A stretch of 44,496 nucleotides of DNA. It comes from a virus. Its lineage: Duplodnaviria; Caudoviricetes. This document shows, one piece after another, positions 27,709-36,648 of the stretch; within the stretch, counting starts at the first letter, position 1, and each line of letters opens with the position of its first letter. A program made the translations under genes and the position numbers. The notes below the pieces were generated by a model. That model made no database searches, was not told where the DNA came from, and worked only from the letters and a program-made list of their open reading frames with translations. The stretch spans positions 1 to 44,496 of IMG/VR virus record IMGVR_UViG_3300036821_000216; one strand, written 5' to 3'.

Positions 27709-28239
27709 TCAGTTTTTGCAGTGCTTCTGGGCTTCAGCCGCATAACCCTGAAGGTATTGGATTACTTGGTCGTCTCTGCTGGTTGACTCTCTGAGACTGA
27801 GAACAGCTGATCCAGCTGCTGGCGTGAGGTCGATTTGTACTGCATCGCCCAGGCTGCCGGTGCCGGAAGTGCTGTTCCCGACGTTCTGACAGGTGGCAAG
27901 GTTTGCCGCGGCGATTCGCACCCGGCGAGTACCAGCAGCAACATCAGCGCGCAACTTCTCATTCTTGGCCTGTTCATCTGCCATTTCCTTCGTGTGCTTA
28001 GCATCAAGGTCCGCCAGCGCGGCCTGTGCCGCTTCGGTGCGCTTCTGCTGGTTGGTCAGGTCAATTACGGCCTGATCGCTTTGTTTCTTCAACTCTGCGG
28101 TGTGGGATTCTTTCAGTTTGGAAACGTCGGCGTCCCAGCGTAGCCCTTCTATCCACCACGCCAATGCGGCAGTCGCAACAATGGCAACGGCCCTTTTCCA
28201 GTAAGCTTTCAGCAGAGCAGTAAAAAGAGATGTTTCCAC
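27709..28239 (-). CDS. Rz: i-spanin
   Basis: N-terminal TM segment, coiled coil, LRADVAAGTRRVRI, IQYLQGY. Confidence 0.88.
   Translation of the reverse strand: METSLFTALLKAYWKRAVAIVATAALAWWIEGLRWDADVSKLKESHTAELKKQSDQAVIDLTNQQKRTEAAQAALADLDAKHTKEMADEQAKNEKLRADVAAGTRRVRIAAANLATCQNVGNSTSGTGSLGDAVQIDLTPAAGSAVLSLRESTSRDDQVIQYLQGYAAEAQKHCKN
27762..27977 (-). CDS. Rz1: o-spanin lipoprotein nested in Rz
   Basis: Lipobox LAGC, Pro-rich PAPAAWAM, alternative frame within Rz, AAGGAA RBS. Confidence 0.85.
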   Translation of the reverse strand: MNRPRMRSCALMLLLVLAGCESPRQTLPPVRTSGTALPAPAAWAMQYKSTSRQQLDQLFSVSESQPAETTK

Positions 28240-28249
28240 TGGCGGATCC

Positions 28250-28876
28250 TCAGATGCCTAAAGCCTTTTTGGCGACCGCGTAACGTGCCTGACGGTCAGC
28301 CAGACCGTTGTCACCACCGTTAATGCGTTTGGTAAGCCCCACAAAGTCGCCGGAGTCGGCAAAACTGTTGCAGTTATTGGCCTTCCAGAACCAGCCCGCC
28401 GAACGCGCCGCATATTCATCCTGAAGCAACAGATCAGGATTGCTGATCAGGTCGATGCCCAGCGCGCGGCCACAGGCCAGATAATTATCGAGGAACGTGA
28501 TTTGTTTCAGGCCGCGACCACGGAATTTATAACCGTCACCCGCTGCTTTGTTACCGTACCGGCCACCATAGGCAAGATTGGCAATGGCGCGCTGGCGCTC
28601 AACAGGCAGTAGACCTTCACCATTCCGGCGACCGAGCTGCTCACGCTGTGATGCAGTGAGGCGCGTAAACACCGAAAGCCCGGCGATCGAATAGTTGAAG
28701 GACTCGACCAGCGTTTTAAATCCACCGGACTCATGCCCCACCTGCGCAATGAATGCCGCCTGACGCGCCGGGGTGGAAATATCGAATTCAGCCATCGTTG
28801 ATACCAGGTGCGGATACCAGCGCGTGGCCAAGTCGGCGCTCAGTGAAGCCGCCCGGGTAAATTGGTCTTTTGTCAT
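28250..28876 (-). CDS. Endolysin, glycoside hydrolase family 19
   Basis: FIAQVGHESGG...GDGYKFRGRGLKQIT...TKRINGG. Confidence 0.92.
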   Translation of the reverse strand: MTKDQFTRAASLSADLATRWYPHLVSTMAEFDISTPARQAAFIAQVGHESGGFKTLVESFNYSIAGLSVFTRLTASQREQLGRRNGEGLLPVERQRAIANLAYGGRYGNKAAGDGYKFRGRGLKQITFLDNYLACGRALGIDLISNPDLLLQDEYAARSAGWFWKANNCNSFADSGDFVGLTKRINGGDNGLADRQARYAVAKKALGI

Positions 28877-29160
28877 TGCGGAAGTCTCAGGACTTTAATG
28901 ATTTTCGCCACGTTCCCGCGCACGGCGAATATCGCAATGCAGATAACGAGGTTCAGTAAGAGGATGGCCCAGCGCGTGCCGTCGTAATGGTCGAACAGGA
29001 AACGCAGCGGGACATGGCCGTAGATCAGGATCAGCAGGTAGGCCAGCCACGACGCCCAGCGTCGATGTGTGGCCCCATTCTTTCGAAAGAAGCTCAGCCG
29101 GATAACCACCAACGTACACACCACCACGTTCAGGATTACCAGCGGGTCATTTATTACCAC
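28873..29160 (-). CDS. Holin-family membrane protein
   Basis: Three TM segments; AVRGNVAKI C-terminus; immediately before the endolysin. Confidence 0.8.
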   Translation of the reverse strand: MVINDPLVILNVVVCTLVVIRLSFFRKNGATHRRWASWLAYLLILIYGHVPLRFLFDHYDGTRWAILLLNLVICIAIFAVRGNVAKIIKVLRLPQ

Positions 29161-29527
29161 TTTGCCCCCTCCACCGATCAATCAGTGATGTTGGGTTCTT
29201 TGCCCTGTTGCTGGCGAACGTAAGCAGCTGCACAGCCAGTGCGGAGATGATCACCGCGCCCAGGGCATCCAATGGTTTATCAGGGTAACTGAGCCAGGCC
29301 GCCAACTTAGCGCCAGCAACTCCGGCACCGAGCAGGCCACACATGAATGAAACGCCAAAATACGAAATGCGGCGCCACGCTGACAGGTCAACGGCTGACG
29401 TGACGTAGAAAACAGCGCCAGCAAAGGCACCGAAAACCACGCCGTAATCCAGACCGGTGAACCAGCCGAAAACGCCGACCGTGGCAAGCGCCGCTGAAGC
29501 CGCTGTAGCTGATACCGGCTCTGACAT
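29147..29527 (-). CDS. Putative holin / antiholin
   Basis: MSEPVS...DYGVVFGAFAGAVFYV; multiple TM segments. Confidence 0.8.
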   Translation of the reverse strand: MSEPVSATAASAALATVGVFGWFTGLDYGVVFGAFAGAVFYVTSAVDLSAWRRISYFGVSFMCGLLGAGVAGAKLAAWLSYPDKPLDALGAVIISALAVQLLTFASNRAKNPTSLIDRWRGQSGNK

Positions 29528-29576
29528 TGATAAACCCCTTATCGCTGTTGGTGTCCTCACAACCGAATTGAGGGCA

Positions 29577-29603
29577 TAAAAAAGGGCCGCACGGAGGCAG
29601 CCC
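29577..29603 (-). terminator. Terminator before the lysis cassette
   Basis: Minus strand GGGCTGC..GCGGCCC followed by T-run. Confidence 0.7.
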
Positions 29604-29622
29604 ATTGGAATAATTGATTTCT

Positions 29623-29874
29623 CTAACTAATAATGCCGAACAGCTTTGCCCACTCTTCTATCTGGGATCGATATATGAATTGAACAGACTGCAGGGAGTA
29701 AGCGCTCTCACCTCCTACAAGTTGTACAAGGCAAGGAAATTCTTTGGGCGCCTGGCGCAAAATTTCTCTTTCAAGCTCGTCAGGTCCGAAAACCGAAGGA
29801 AACTCCTCATCCAAATGAAGGTAGCCTTTATGCATCCATTCTCGATATTCAAATTCGTTATTAAGTAACTTCAT
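29623..29874 (-). CDS. Hypothetical protein, paralogue 2 of a tandem pair
   Basis: MKLLNNEFEY..WM...P.EFPC, aligned by eye to the adjacent ORF. Confidence 0.7.
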   Translation of the reverse strand: MKLLNNEFEYREWMHKGYLHLDEEFPSVFGPDELEREILRQAPKEFPCLVQLVGGESAYSLQSVQFIYRSQIEEWAKLFGIIS

Positions 29875-29916
29875 GCCAATGGTCTCATGTGATGTTTTAC
29901 ATAAGATAGCAGGCAT

Positions 29917-30210
29917 TCATTTAACGAACGAGATTGTAGCCGTACCATTATGCATATCTCTGATTCCCATACCTTTTGCAATTTCCTCAACCTCTTCTCG
30001 GTAAAGAAACTTTGCTACATCCGGCTCAAATGGGCCTTCCCCTCTAATGATGCATGCAATGCAAGGAAACTCACGGGGCATTTGGGATAAAAGCTCACGA
30101 TCAAGCAAATCATGATCAAACAAAGGACTTAAAGAATCATCAAGGCGCAGAAGATCGTAGGTCATCCACATTTTGTAATCGAATTCGTTTTTTAGAAGTT
30201 TCATTGACAT
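29917..30210 (-). CDS. Hypothetical protein, paralogue 1 of a tandem pair
   Basis: AAGGAG RBS; MKLLKNEFDY..WM...P.EFPC. Confidence 0.75.
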   Translation of the reverse strand: MSMKLLKNEFDYKMWMTYDLLRLDDSLSPLFDHDLLDRELLSQMPREFPCIACIIRGEGPFEPDVAKFLYREEVEEIAKGMGIRDMHNGTATISFVK

Positions 30211-30263
30211 CTCCTTTTTAAAAAAGGATAGCAGCCATTTATGACATCGTTTTGTAAGTCTAC

Positions 30264-30291
30264 AAAAACTAAACCCCGCTGGAGCGAGGTT
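30264..30291 (-). terminator. tR' terminator
   Basis: Minus strand AACCTCGCT-cc-AGCGGGGTT then T-rich tail, just after pR'. Confidence 0.7.
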
Positions 30292-30299
30292 CTCAGATT

Positions 30300-30371
30300 G
30301 TCTAAGCTTTGTGACTACGTGACCACTCTTAACAGGTTACAAGAGTTTTTGCGTAGCGCACTAGAACTATT
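30300..30371 (-). promoter_or_regulatory. Late promoter pR' / qut region
   Basis: Directly after Q; minus strand TACGCAAAAA...GTAACCTGTTAAGAGTGGTCAC resembles the elements that follow this Q family. Confidence 0.6.
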
Positions 30372-30770
30372 TTAAGCGACTTTCGCCACCCGTATTTTCT
30401 GGGTGTAGGCGTCCATTTCCAGCACCGCGCCGGTCATTGCCAGGCAACCATCGACGAATCCTTCCGCTACCTGTAACTGTTGGCGGATCAGGCCTTCACT
30501 CACCTTATACAGCTTCGCTATTTTCCGTTTCGACAGACCAAAGCGGTAATGCAGCATGATTAGCGTTACCTCCTCCGGTTTACGAACGGCAGCCAAACGG
30601 CCTACTGCGGCATCTACAATCAGACCGTCATCATCACAGCAGGATTCGACCATGCTGGATTCAGTCGGCAGCAGGCCTTTGAAGCCAGCCGCGATTGGTG
30701 ACCAGCTCACGCCGGAGTTATCGCGAGCCCAAACGCCGTAACGAGCCAGTACCAGTTGAATATCACGCAT
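30372..30770 (-). CDS. Q: Late antiterminator Q
   Basis: MRDIQLVL...WSPIAAGFKGLLP...CCDDDGL...AEGFVDGCL. Confidence 0.92.
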   Translation of the reverse strand: MRDIQLVLARYGVWARDNSGVSWSPIAAGFKGLLPTESSMVESCCDDDGLIVDAAVGRLAAVRKPEEVTLIMLHYRFGLSKRKIAKLYKVSEGLIRQQLQVAEGFVDGCLAMTGAVLEMDAYTQKIRVAKVA

Positions 30771-30786
30771 TATTCTCTCCACACTT

Positions 30787-31800
30787 TTATTTTTGTTTGC
30801 CAGTAGCGATAACACCCATCGCCAGCGCGCGGTCTAATGTCTTCATGACCAGATACATCTGATCACCATGTTCTTCTTCCCATGCCTGGGTATTCGCATG
30901 AAGTGAGTCGTGACACCGTCTGCACAGCGGGATCACGAACAGGTCATGCGCTTTTGTTGCCATACCCCCAAAGCCATTGCCGGTTAAATGGTGCGGATCA
31001 TCAGACCCGTTGCCACAGCCGCAACATGGCTGGCGCTTTACCCATTGGGTATATTTTGCGTTTTCGTACCGGCGGCGCTTCGGAATACGGAGGAATGATT
31101 CCGGCGTCTCCGGGTCGATTGCCAGCGTCAGCACCGGTTTGATGTTGTTCGCCAGTTCTTCACGTGGTTGCTTCTCCCACGGGTTGACGTCAGCCTCCTT
31201 GCGCTGGCCGCCGGGCGGGTTGTATTTCATTCCCAGTGCCGCGCAGACCACTTCTTCCGGCAGCAGGTTAAGCACCCCTTTCGAAACCGCCCACCAACAC
31301 AATTCAGGCAAGGTCAGGTGACGACCATCAGGCAGGCCATACCGGTACCGGATTGCTTCTGTCACGAACTCGGCGGCGTTCGCCTGCGCGGTAGCGTCCA
31401 GTTTCGGCGACTCTTTGCCGTTAAACTCGTTGTCATGCGCCCAGCACAGGCAGACCACGCCACGACCACGGATAACCTGATTCAGTTCGTGGTGATGGTA
31501 TTCGCCGTTGTAGTCCGGGCACTCGCAGGCGCGGTGGCGTTTAACCCACAGTGTCAGCGCCGCCATGCCGCCGACTTTCCCGATCACTTCAGGAGACGAC
31601 AGGAAACCAGACAGGCGCGGATCCCGTGAAAGTGATTGTGCTTCTGCTGGCACCATGCCATCCGGCGCGGTATGCAGGTCAGCGGGTTCATTGGTGATCA
31701 GCAGGCGTTTACTACTGAAGAACTTCACCATGTCCGCCGGCAGCGCGAACTGCACGATCCCCAGTTCTCGCTGAGGATACGGTTTTAACAAAGCTCTCAC
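30787..31800 (-). CDS. DUF968 family protein with C-terminal HNH-like Cys/His domain
   Basis: RALLKP...LPELCWWA...WVKRQPCCGC..DDPHH..PLCRRCH. Confidence 0.85.
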   Translation of the reverse strand: MRALLKPYPQRELGIVQFALPADMVKFFSSKRLLITNEPADLHTAPDGMVPAEAQSLSRDPRLSGFLSSPEVIGKVGGMAALTLWVKRHRACECPDYNGEYHHHELNQVIRGRGVVCLCWAHDNEFNGKESPKLDATAQANAAEFVTEAIRYRYGLPDGRHLTLPELCWWAVSKGVLNLLPEEVVCAALGMKYNPPGGQRKEADVNPWEKQPREELANNIKPVLTLAIDPETPESFLRIPKRRRYENAKYTQWVKRQPCCGCGNGSDDPHHLTGNGFGGMATKAHDLFVIPLCRRCHDSLHANTQAWEEEHGDQMYLVMKTLDRALAMGVIATGKQK

Positions 31801-32492
31801 GCGTGGGCCTCCTGTTTCTGTCGCAGATAACCAGCCCACAGCCCGGCAACCCATTCAACGCCCTTCGCCGTGAAGCGTGCCTGACGGAATGCATGCTGGC
31901 TATTCGGGCTGGTACCGGTTTTTACCTGGAACCGGCCTGCCTCTAAATGATGGGCCTTTGGCGTCAACTGGCCTTCCAGCCGGTAAACAATGTCTTTCTC
32001 GAGCAAGAACATCCGGAATTCCGGTTCTTTTGCATGCAGCAATTTGCAGACCGCGCGGAATCCCATAGAGCCATTAGCCATCACGTACTGATCAACGAAT
32101 TCCACTTTCGGGGCCGCCAGCGCCAGCTGTGATTCCAACGCCTGTTTTTCTTCGGCAAGGTCAGCAGCCAGGCGGAGAGCCTCGGGCAATGACTGGGGTA
32201 ACTGGCTTTTCGATTCCAGTTCCTGCCAGCGGTCCACTACCACGGCGGTGAATTCAGGCGACAGACGGGCAACCAGCACCAGCGAATCGCGTTTATTGAA
32301 CCAGTACTCCTGATACTCCTGCCCGTTCTGCTCATGAAAATAGGGGGTGTGCGCCAACGGCGCGCTTAAAATTCCACCAACGGCAAGCCGTTCGGCCGAG
32401 CGCTTCACATCGCTATGCTTACTCTGCACCAGCTCAGCAATCTCACGGCTCGACATCGTTACCACTTTTCCTGACAGCAAACTGTTCGACAT
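31797..32492 (-). CDS. Antirepressor (Rha N-terminal + KilAC/ANT C-terminal)
   Basis: TMSSREIAELV..HSDV; PQSLPEALRLAADL; APKVEFVDQYV; RFTAKGVEW. Confidence 0.88.
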   Translation of the reverse strand: MSNSLLSGKVVTMSSREIAELVQSKHSDVKRSAERLAVGGILSAPLAHTPYFHEQNGQEYQEYWFNKRDSLVLVARLSPEFTAVVVDRWQELESKSQLPQSLPEALRLAADLAEEKQALESQLALAAPKVEFVDQYVMANGSMGFRAVCKLLHAKEPEFRMFLLEKDIVYRLEGQLTPKAHHLEAGRFQVKTGTSPNSQHAFRQARFTAKGVEWVAGLWAGYLRQKQEAHA

Positions 32493-32494
32493 AA

Positions 32495-32881
32495 TCACTC
32501 CACACGTAAAACCGGCTGCACACCGGCGGGTTTGAAATCAGTAATCGTTATTTCTGCCTTACCTTCTTTGGTCACCGGTCCCCACTCGACCGTCATTCGT
32601 TTTACCTGGCTGTCGTCCTTCCAGATCCCCGCGTGGGTCAGGCCATCAAACAGCGCCTTCTGGAAATTATCTAAATCCCGCTTCGCCCTGGTCGGCGGGT
32701 AGAGCACCAGATGCACATCTAGTTCGGTAAGTAGTGCCGTCGGGCGGCTTCGCAACTGCTGATAAATTGACGCCAGCGCATTGGAACGGAAGATCCGCCC
32801 GCGCTCGCTGATCAGCACGCCCTTTTGGGTTGAGCGCCAGTAACCGTTGACGCTCGGCGGGAATGGCAAAATCAGTCTCAT
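32495..32881 (-). CDS. rusA: RusA Holliday junction resolvase
   Basis: LPFPPSVNGYWR...RDLDN..KALFD.L...DDSQV. Confidence 0.92.
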   Translation of the reverse strand: MRLILPFPPSVNGYWRSTQKGVLISERGRIFRSNALASIYQQLRSRPTALLTELDVHLVLYPPTRAKRDLDNFQKALFDGLTHAGIWKDDSQVKRMTVEWGPVTKEGKAEITITDFKPAGVQPVLRVE

Positions 32882-32886
32882 AAGCT

Positions 32887-33642
32887 TCAAACCTCCATCT
32901 GCAATTGCATGTTGAAGCGGTCCCGGATTTCGCAATATTCCAACGTGCCGGTGCTGTTATAAGATTCGATACGCTCCGCCAACACATATGCGCGGGTTTC
33001 TTTTGACTGAGGTGAATACGTCCCTTTCCACGCACTATCAATTCCGATATTGCGCGCAATGTTGGTGCTGTCAGCTGACGCCAGTGGCAGTTTGGTGAAG
33101 ATGTCCTTATTCAGCATGCGGAGACCATGCAGTTTGGTAATTGGCCGGCTATGAGCATCAACAACGTGACGAATGATGTCCTTCATACGGGCCACGGCTT
33201 TAAGCGGTGATTTCACGTCATACTCACCACAACTGCCAATGGCTACACGTGGGTACTCATGGCAAAGCCGGATAAAACGCTCTTCGCTTTCGTTCATGTG
33301 CCAAACCGGGCAACCGGTAAATTTACCGTGTGGCCACTCAGCCAGCAGCGCATCATTCTCCGCCGCGCCGCCGTCTATAACGTCAGGAATGACGGCGAAA
33401 TCGAGACCAGGGTGATTCTTCCAGCGCTCCACAAAGTCGTAATAATCTGACCAATCGATTTTGTTTTTGCCTGCTTTCTTCCAGATAGAGAACGCGCCAT
33501 TGTCTAAGGCGAATGACTGGCAGATTTCGGAAGCCAGCCCGAGCTGACTTGAATTGGCAAAAGAAATGAATGCATGGCCACCTGACCAGGCCCGCATCGC
33601 GCAGGTATCCGGGGTGATAGGTCCGCCGTGATAGTGGATCAT
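32887..33642 (-). CDS. TGT/DpdA-like protein, putative base-exchange transglycosylase
   Basis: FALDNGAF, VIPDVI, PVWH, VAIG, LHGL and SADST in the order seen in TGT/DpdA barrels; judged by eye. Confidence 0.55.
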   Translation of the reverse strand: MIHYHGGPITPDTCAMRAWSGGHAFISFANSSQLGLASEICQSFALDNGAFSIWKKAGKNKIDWSDYYDFVERWKNHPGLDFAVIPDVIDGGAAENDALLAEWPHGKFTGCPVWHMNESEERFIRLCHEYPRVAIGSCGEYDVKSPLKAVARMKDIIRHVVDAHSRPITKLHGLRMLNKDIFTKLPLASADSTNIARNIGIDSAWKGTYSPQSKETRAYVLAERIESYNSTGTLEYCEIRDRFNMQLQMEV

Positions 33643-33797
33643 CAGTTCACCTCCCCTGCTTTGATCAGGCTGATCAGCACAGCATCAGCATGTTCACCTG
33701 CAGCCGTGTAATCGGATGGGCAAAGCTCACCTGTGTAAGATGCGGCTTTAAGATAACCGCGGTAGGCATCGAGCCAGATTTGCTGGAATTCGTTCAC
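33642..33797 (-). CDS. 51-aa hypothetical protein not in the ORF track
   Basis: GTG...MNEFQQIWLDAYRGYLKAA...GEVN; overlaps both neighbours (GTGA, TGATG); AAGGAG RBS. Confidence 0.65.
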   Translation of the reverse strand: MNEFQQIWLDAYRGYLKAASYTGELCPSDYTAAGEHADAVLISLIKAGEVN

Positions 33798-34459
33798 GCT
33801 GCACTCTCCTTATCGCTTGCCCAGTCGATATGCATTACGCCGCCTGGTAATAAGTGGATATCACTGTGCGGGCACTCATTCCCCCAGTGGTGCCAGCCAT
33901 TGGCTTCACCGCGGCTAAACAGCTCAATGCGTGACACGTCACCGTAAAGCAACTCGAGCCGGTGGCGCGCTTCCCAAGGCTTCGCGCTGTGCTCACCGAG
34001 CGGCGAGTGGATCACTTGCTTCACGCTGGCGCTGACGCGCTCGAGCCCGGTACCGCGCACGGCGATCAGCAGATCCTCGCTGTTGGCGCGTGTGTAATTC
34101 CCGCCGTTCATGCGCGTCTGCGTATTTAGCAATTCCATGAAGTCGTAGAAATCCTGAATCTCACCGGCTGCCAATGCTTTATTGATGTGCTGCTCCGCCA
34201 ACTGGTTCAGCTTCACCCACGTAAATCCCTTCATAGTTTTTACTTTGAAGCCCCACGCTTCTGCCAGCTTTACGGCCTCTGCGTTGTGGGTGCCTGTGTA
34301 CCACATCGCCAGCACCGCGTTCTCAGCAGCAATTGACCAGACTGGCAGACGCATCAGGTCAGTCAGCGACATGGTGCCGTAGTGATTACCGGCTGCACCG
34401 TTGCTGATCACGTTGTCGTAATGCCAAGGAGGATCCGCATATATCAGTTGATAGCTCAT
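33794..34459 (-). CDS. MT-A70 family N6-adenine methyltransferase
   Basis: IYADPPW, AWGF, FTWVK, HSAKP, RIELFSR, WGNE. Confidence 0.9.
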   Translation of the reverse strand: MSYQLIYADPPWHYDNVISNGAAGNHYGTMSLTDLMRLPVWSIAAENAVLAMWYTGTHNAEAVKLAEAWGFKVKTMKGFTWVKLNQLAEQHINKALAAGEIQDFYDFMELLNTQTRMNGGNYTRANSEDLLIAVRGTGLERVSASVKQVIHSPLGEHSAKPWEARHRLELLYGDVSRIELFSRGEANGWHHWGNECPHSDIHLLPGGVMHIDWASDKESAA

Positions 34460-34755
34460 GCCTGTCCCCTTCCCCGACGTACTGCCCACAGATTGCGTTC
34501 AAACTCGGCGCTGATTTCAGCCTTGGTTTTCACTGAACCTGATGGTGTTGCAAGGCTGTATTTGCGTGGGTAAGTCTCGGTATGAACCAGATGCACTTCA
34601 GGACGGGCTCTCAATGCGATGATTGCGCTGTGAATTGCCGTCTTGTGGGGTGTCATGCCGGTTCTGGCTACGATCAGCGCTTCAAGCTGTGCTGATGACC
34701 GCGGTGTGCTATCGCGTTGCAGTTCTTCAAGAACTAACTCTGGGTAAGTTTTCAT
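34456..34755 (-). CDS. Hypothetical protein, possible winged helix
   Basis: ATGA-coupled to neighbouring genes; begins MKTYPELVLEEL. Confidence 0.6.
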   Translation of the reverse strand: MKTYPELVLEELQRDSTPRSSAQLEALIVARTGMTPHKTAIHSAIIALRARPEVHLVHTETYPRKYSLATPSGSVKTKAEISAEFERNLWAVRRGRGQA

Positions 34756-35762
34756 GCTGCTTTCACTCCCTGCTGGCGCTGGGCGCACTCTTTCCAAATC
34801 TTGGCCCACTGCGATATGGCGAAATCGGCGCGCATGCTGCGGATGTTGGCTTTGCTGGCTTCGGCGCAAACCGTTTTTTCCAGCGCACTCGGTGCCTTGG
34901 TTGCCGCTACACCGCTAATGAACCGGCGGTATGCCGCATCCCGCTCGGCTGCATCAATTGCAACGTCACCTTCGCGCTCCCACTTCCCGTTTTTGCGCGC
35001 TGGACGCCCTGCACGATTCCAGGCGTTAGCGCCTTCCAGGTAGCCAGGGAACTTTGAAGGTTGAAAGAGCGTGGACGGTCGCAGGTACTCGGCCATTTCC
35101 AGATCGCCGCCCCATTTGGCATGCATGTAATCAACCGTCAGCTGATGTTCTTCAGTGGTGAAGCCTTCACGCAGTCTGGCGCGGATGTTATCCAGTGAGG
35201 ATTTGCTGACCTGATAGCGTGAGCCGGTGGTCTGGTTCAGGTAATTCAGAACCTGTTTAGCCTGATCAGTAATTTCGACTTCTGCGTCTGTCTGCGCAGC
35301 AGGCTGACAAGAGGTTTTATTATCTGATGGATCTTGTTTTGAATTTACTAACGGATCCCCCCCAGATTCTGGCGGGTGAAAACCGGTGTTCGTGTTGGAT
35401 TTTGATGCGTCAAATTTTGACCGGTCAGAATTTGAGGTGTCAGATTTTGATGCGTCAGAATCTGACGGTTCAGCAGCAGCACGAAGCTTCGCAATATTCA
35501 GCTGGTACATGTTCGACGTATTGCGGTTTCCCTTGCGGCGCTGGGTACTGGTGATCCAGCCGTCAGCCTCAAGTTTGCCCAACGTAGTGCGCACAGTGCT
35601 TTCGCCTGCACCCAGTTGGCGGGCAATGGTGGTGATCGACGGCCAGCACAGGCCTTCGTCAGAACTGAAGTCAGCGAGGCGCGCCATGATGGCCACCGCC
35701 GATATTTTTAAACCGGCAGTAGCGCAACCATCCCAGACGTATGCGGATAACTTAACGCTCAT
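34752..35762 (-). CDS. Replication initiator (N-terminal HTH, conserved phage C-terminal domain)
   Basis: LADFSSDEGLCWPSI...SNMYQLN; YLRPSTLFQPSKFPGYL; internal iterons. Confidence 0.88.
   Translation of the reverse strand: MSVKLSAYVWDGCATAGLKISAVAIMARLADFSSDEGLCWPSITTIARQLGAGESTVRTTLGKLEADGWITSTQRRKGNRNTSNMYQLNIAKLRAAAEPSDSDASKSDTSNSDRSKFDASKSNTNTGFHPPESGGDPLVNSKQDPSDNKTSCQPAAQTDAEVEITDQAKQVLNYLNQTTGSRYQVSKSSLDNIRARLREGFTTEEHQLTVDYMHAKWGGDLEMAEYLRPSTLFQPSKFPGYLEGANAWNRAGRPARKNGKWEREGDVAIDAAERDAAYRRFISGVAATKAPSALEKTVCAEASKANIRSMRADFAISQWAKIWKECAQRQQGVKAA
35398..35472. repeat. Replication origin iterons, 5 x 15 bp
   Basis: GATTTTGATGCGTCA, AATTTTGACCGGTCA, GAATTTGAGGTGTCA, GATTTTGATGCGTCA, GAATCTGACGGTTCA; each has TGA-N4-TCA. 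Confidence 0.85.
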
Positions 35763-36114
35763 AAGACCCTCTTAAACTTTCGCCGGAATTGTTCAGTAGG
35801 CTGGGCGCACTCATGCGGGTAACCGGCGCGCATGAAGATGACGCGATCCCCTGCTCTGTCGAAGCGCACGACGTGTACCACAACGCCCCGCCAATCCTTG
35901 TAACGCCTGTCCAGCTTTTGGATTTCTTCAGACATGCCGTCACCTTCTGGCTGCTCTGGCGGACGTAACCTACCCACCACGCCGCGAACTGGTAGTTGCA
36001 CGGCATCCAGCGGTTACCTATCATCACTTCATACGAGAAAGAGCACGCGGCTCCGCCAGTCACTGACTTACAGCGCATTTGCGGAACTCCAGCTTTTACG
36101 AGTAGACTGTTCAT
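35752..36114 (-). CDS. Hypothetical early protein overlapping the DUF4222 gene
   Basis: Starts after GGAG RBS; fills the gap after ymfL-like gene; similar in layout to SfV-type ORFs as I recall. Confidence 0.5.
   Translation of the reverse strand: MNSLLVKAGVPQMRCKSVTGGAACSFSYEVMIGNRWMPCNYQFAAWWVGYVRQSSQKVTACLKKSKSWTGVTRIGGALWYTSCASTEQGIASSSCAPVTRMSAPSLLNNSGESLRGSYER
35759..35935 (-). CDS. DUF4222-like protein
   Basis: RYKDWRGVVVHV..FD...VIFMR.GYPHEC..P...F.RKF. Confidence 0.75.
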   Translation of the reverse strand: MSEEIQKLDRRYKDWRGVVVHVVRFDRAGDRVIFMRAGYPHECAQPTEQFRRKFKRVL

Positions 36115-36122
36115 GCGTTTAA

Positions 36123-36629
36123 TTACTCCACACGTTTAGTTAAACCGCCGACGCCTCGGGCCTGCACTCCTGAGGCGTCAACCTTTTCATGCAAAGCCAC
36201 CACTGACTTCACATACTCATCGCGGGCAGCTAAATGCTTACGATGAAGAGCCATAATTTCTGCCTTCTCGCCTTCATCAATCACCCCGTCGTCTGCAATC
36301 GAAATATTTATCTGCTGATCGACCTTTCCACTCTTAGCGGCAACCTTTACCCCTTTGATAAACAGGTCAACGTGGTCCAGTTCCTCGCGAATTGGGATTT
36401 CTACGAAAAAGCCGCCCCGGCGCTGGGCGAAGTAATCCGCCATGTGATTTGTACCGCTGATGTCTTCCATAGCTTCCAGCTCAACGATTTCAAAGAACCG
36501 GCAGCCGTTTTTTTCATATAGGTTGTTGTTGAACTGCGTTTCAGTCATGCCCAGAGCGCCAGCCATTGCAGACCTTCCGCCGGGATAGGCTTTGCACATC
36601 GCTTTAACTACTGATTTCAGGTCTACCAT
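36123..36629 (-). CDS. YmfL-family regulatory protein (cII position)
   Basis: AYPGGRSAMAGALGM...FNNNLYEKNGCRFF...ADDGVID. Confidence 0.85.
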   Translation of the reverse strand: MVDLKSVVKAMCKAYPGGRSAMAGALGMTETQFNNNLYEKNGCRFFEIVELEAMEDISGTNHMADYFAQRRGGFFVEIPIREELDHVDLFIKGVKVAAKSGKVDQQINISIADDGVIDEGEKAEIMALHRKHLAARDEYVKSVVALHEKVDASGVQARGVGGLTKRVE

Positions 36630-36648
36630 TTCATTTTTCCTTCGGTAG

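Noticed and set aside
29604-30371. tRNA genes after pR', as in some lambdoid phages
   Set aside because: No cloverleaf or GTTCGA..CC/CCA pattern found; the space is filled by two ORFs
30905-30938. A further GTGCAG-loop hairpin inside the DUF968 gene
   Set aside because: It encodes the conserved PLCRRCH motif and is about 130 nt from the Q start, so it may be a coding coincidence; not counted as a copy
35398-35472. 15-bp tandem repeats as a CRISPR array or novel repeat
   Set aside because: No spacers; position inside the initiator gene fits ordinary origin iterons
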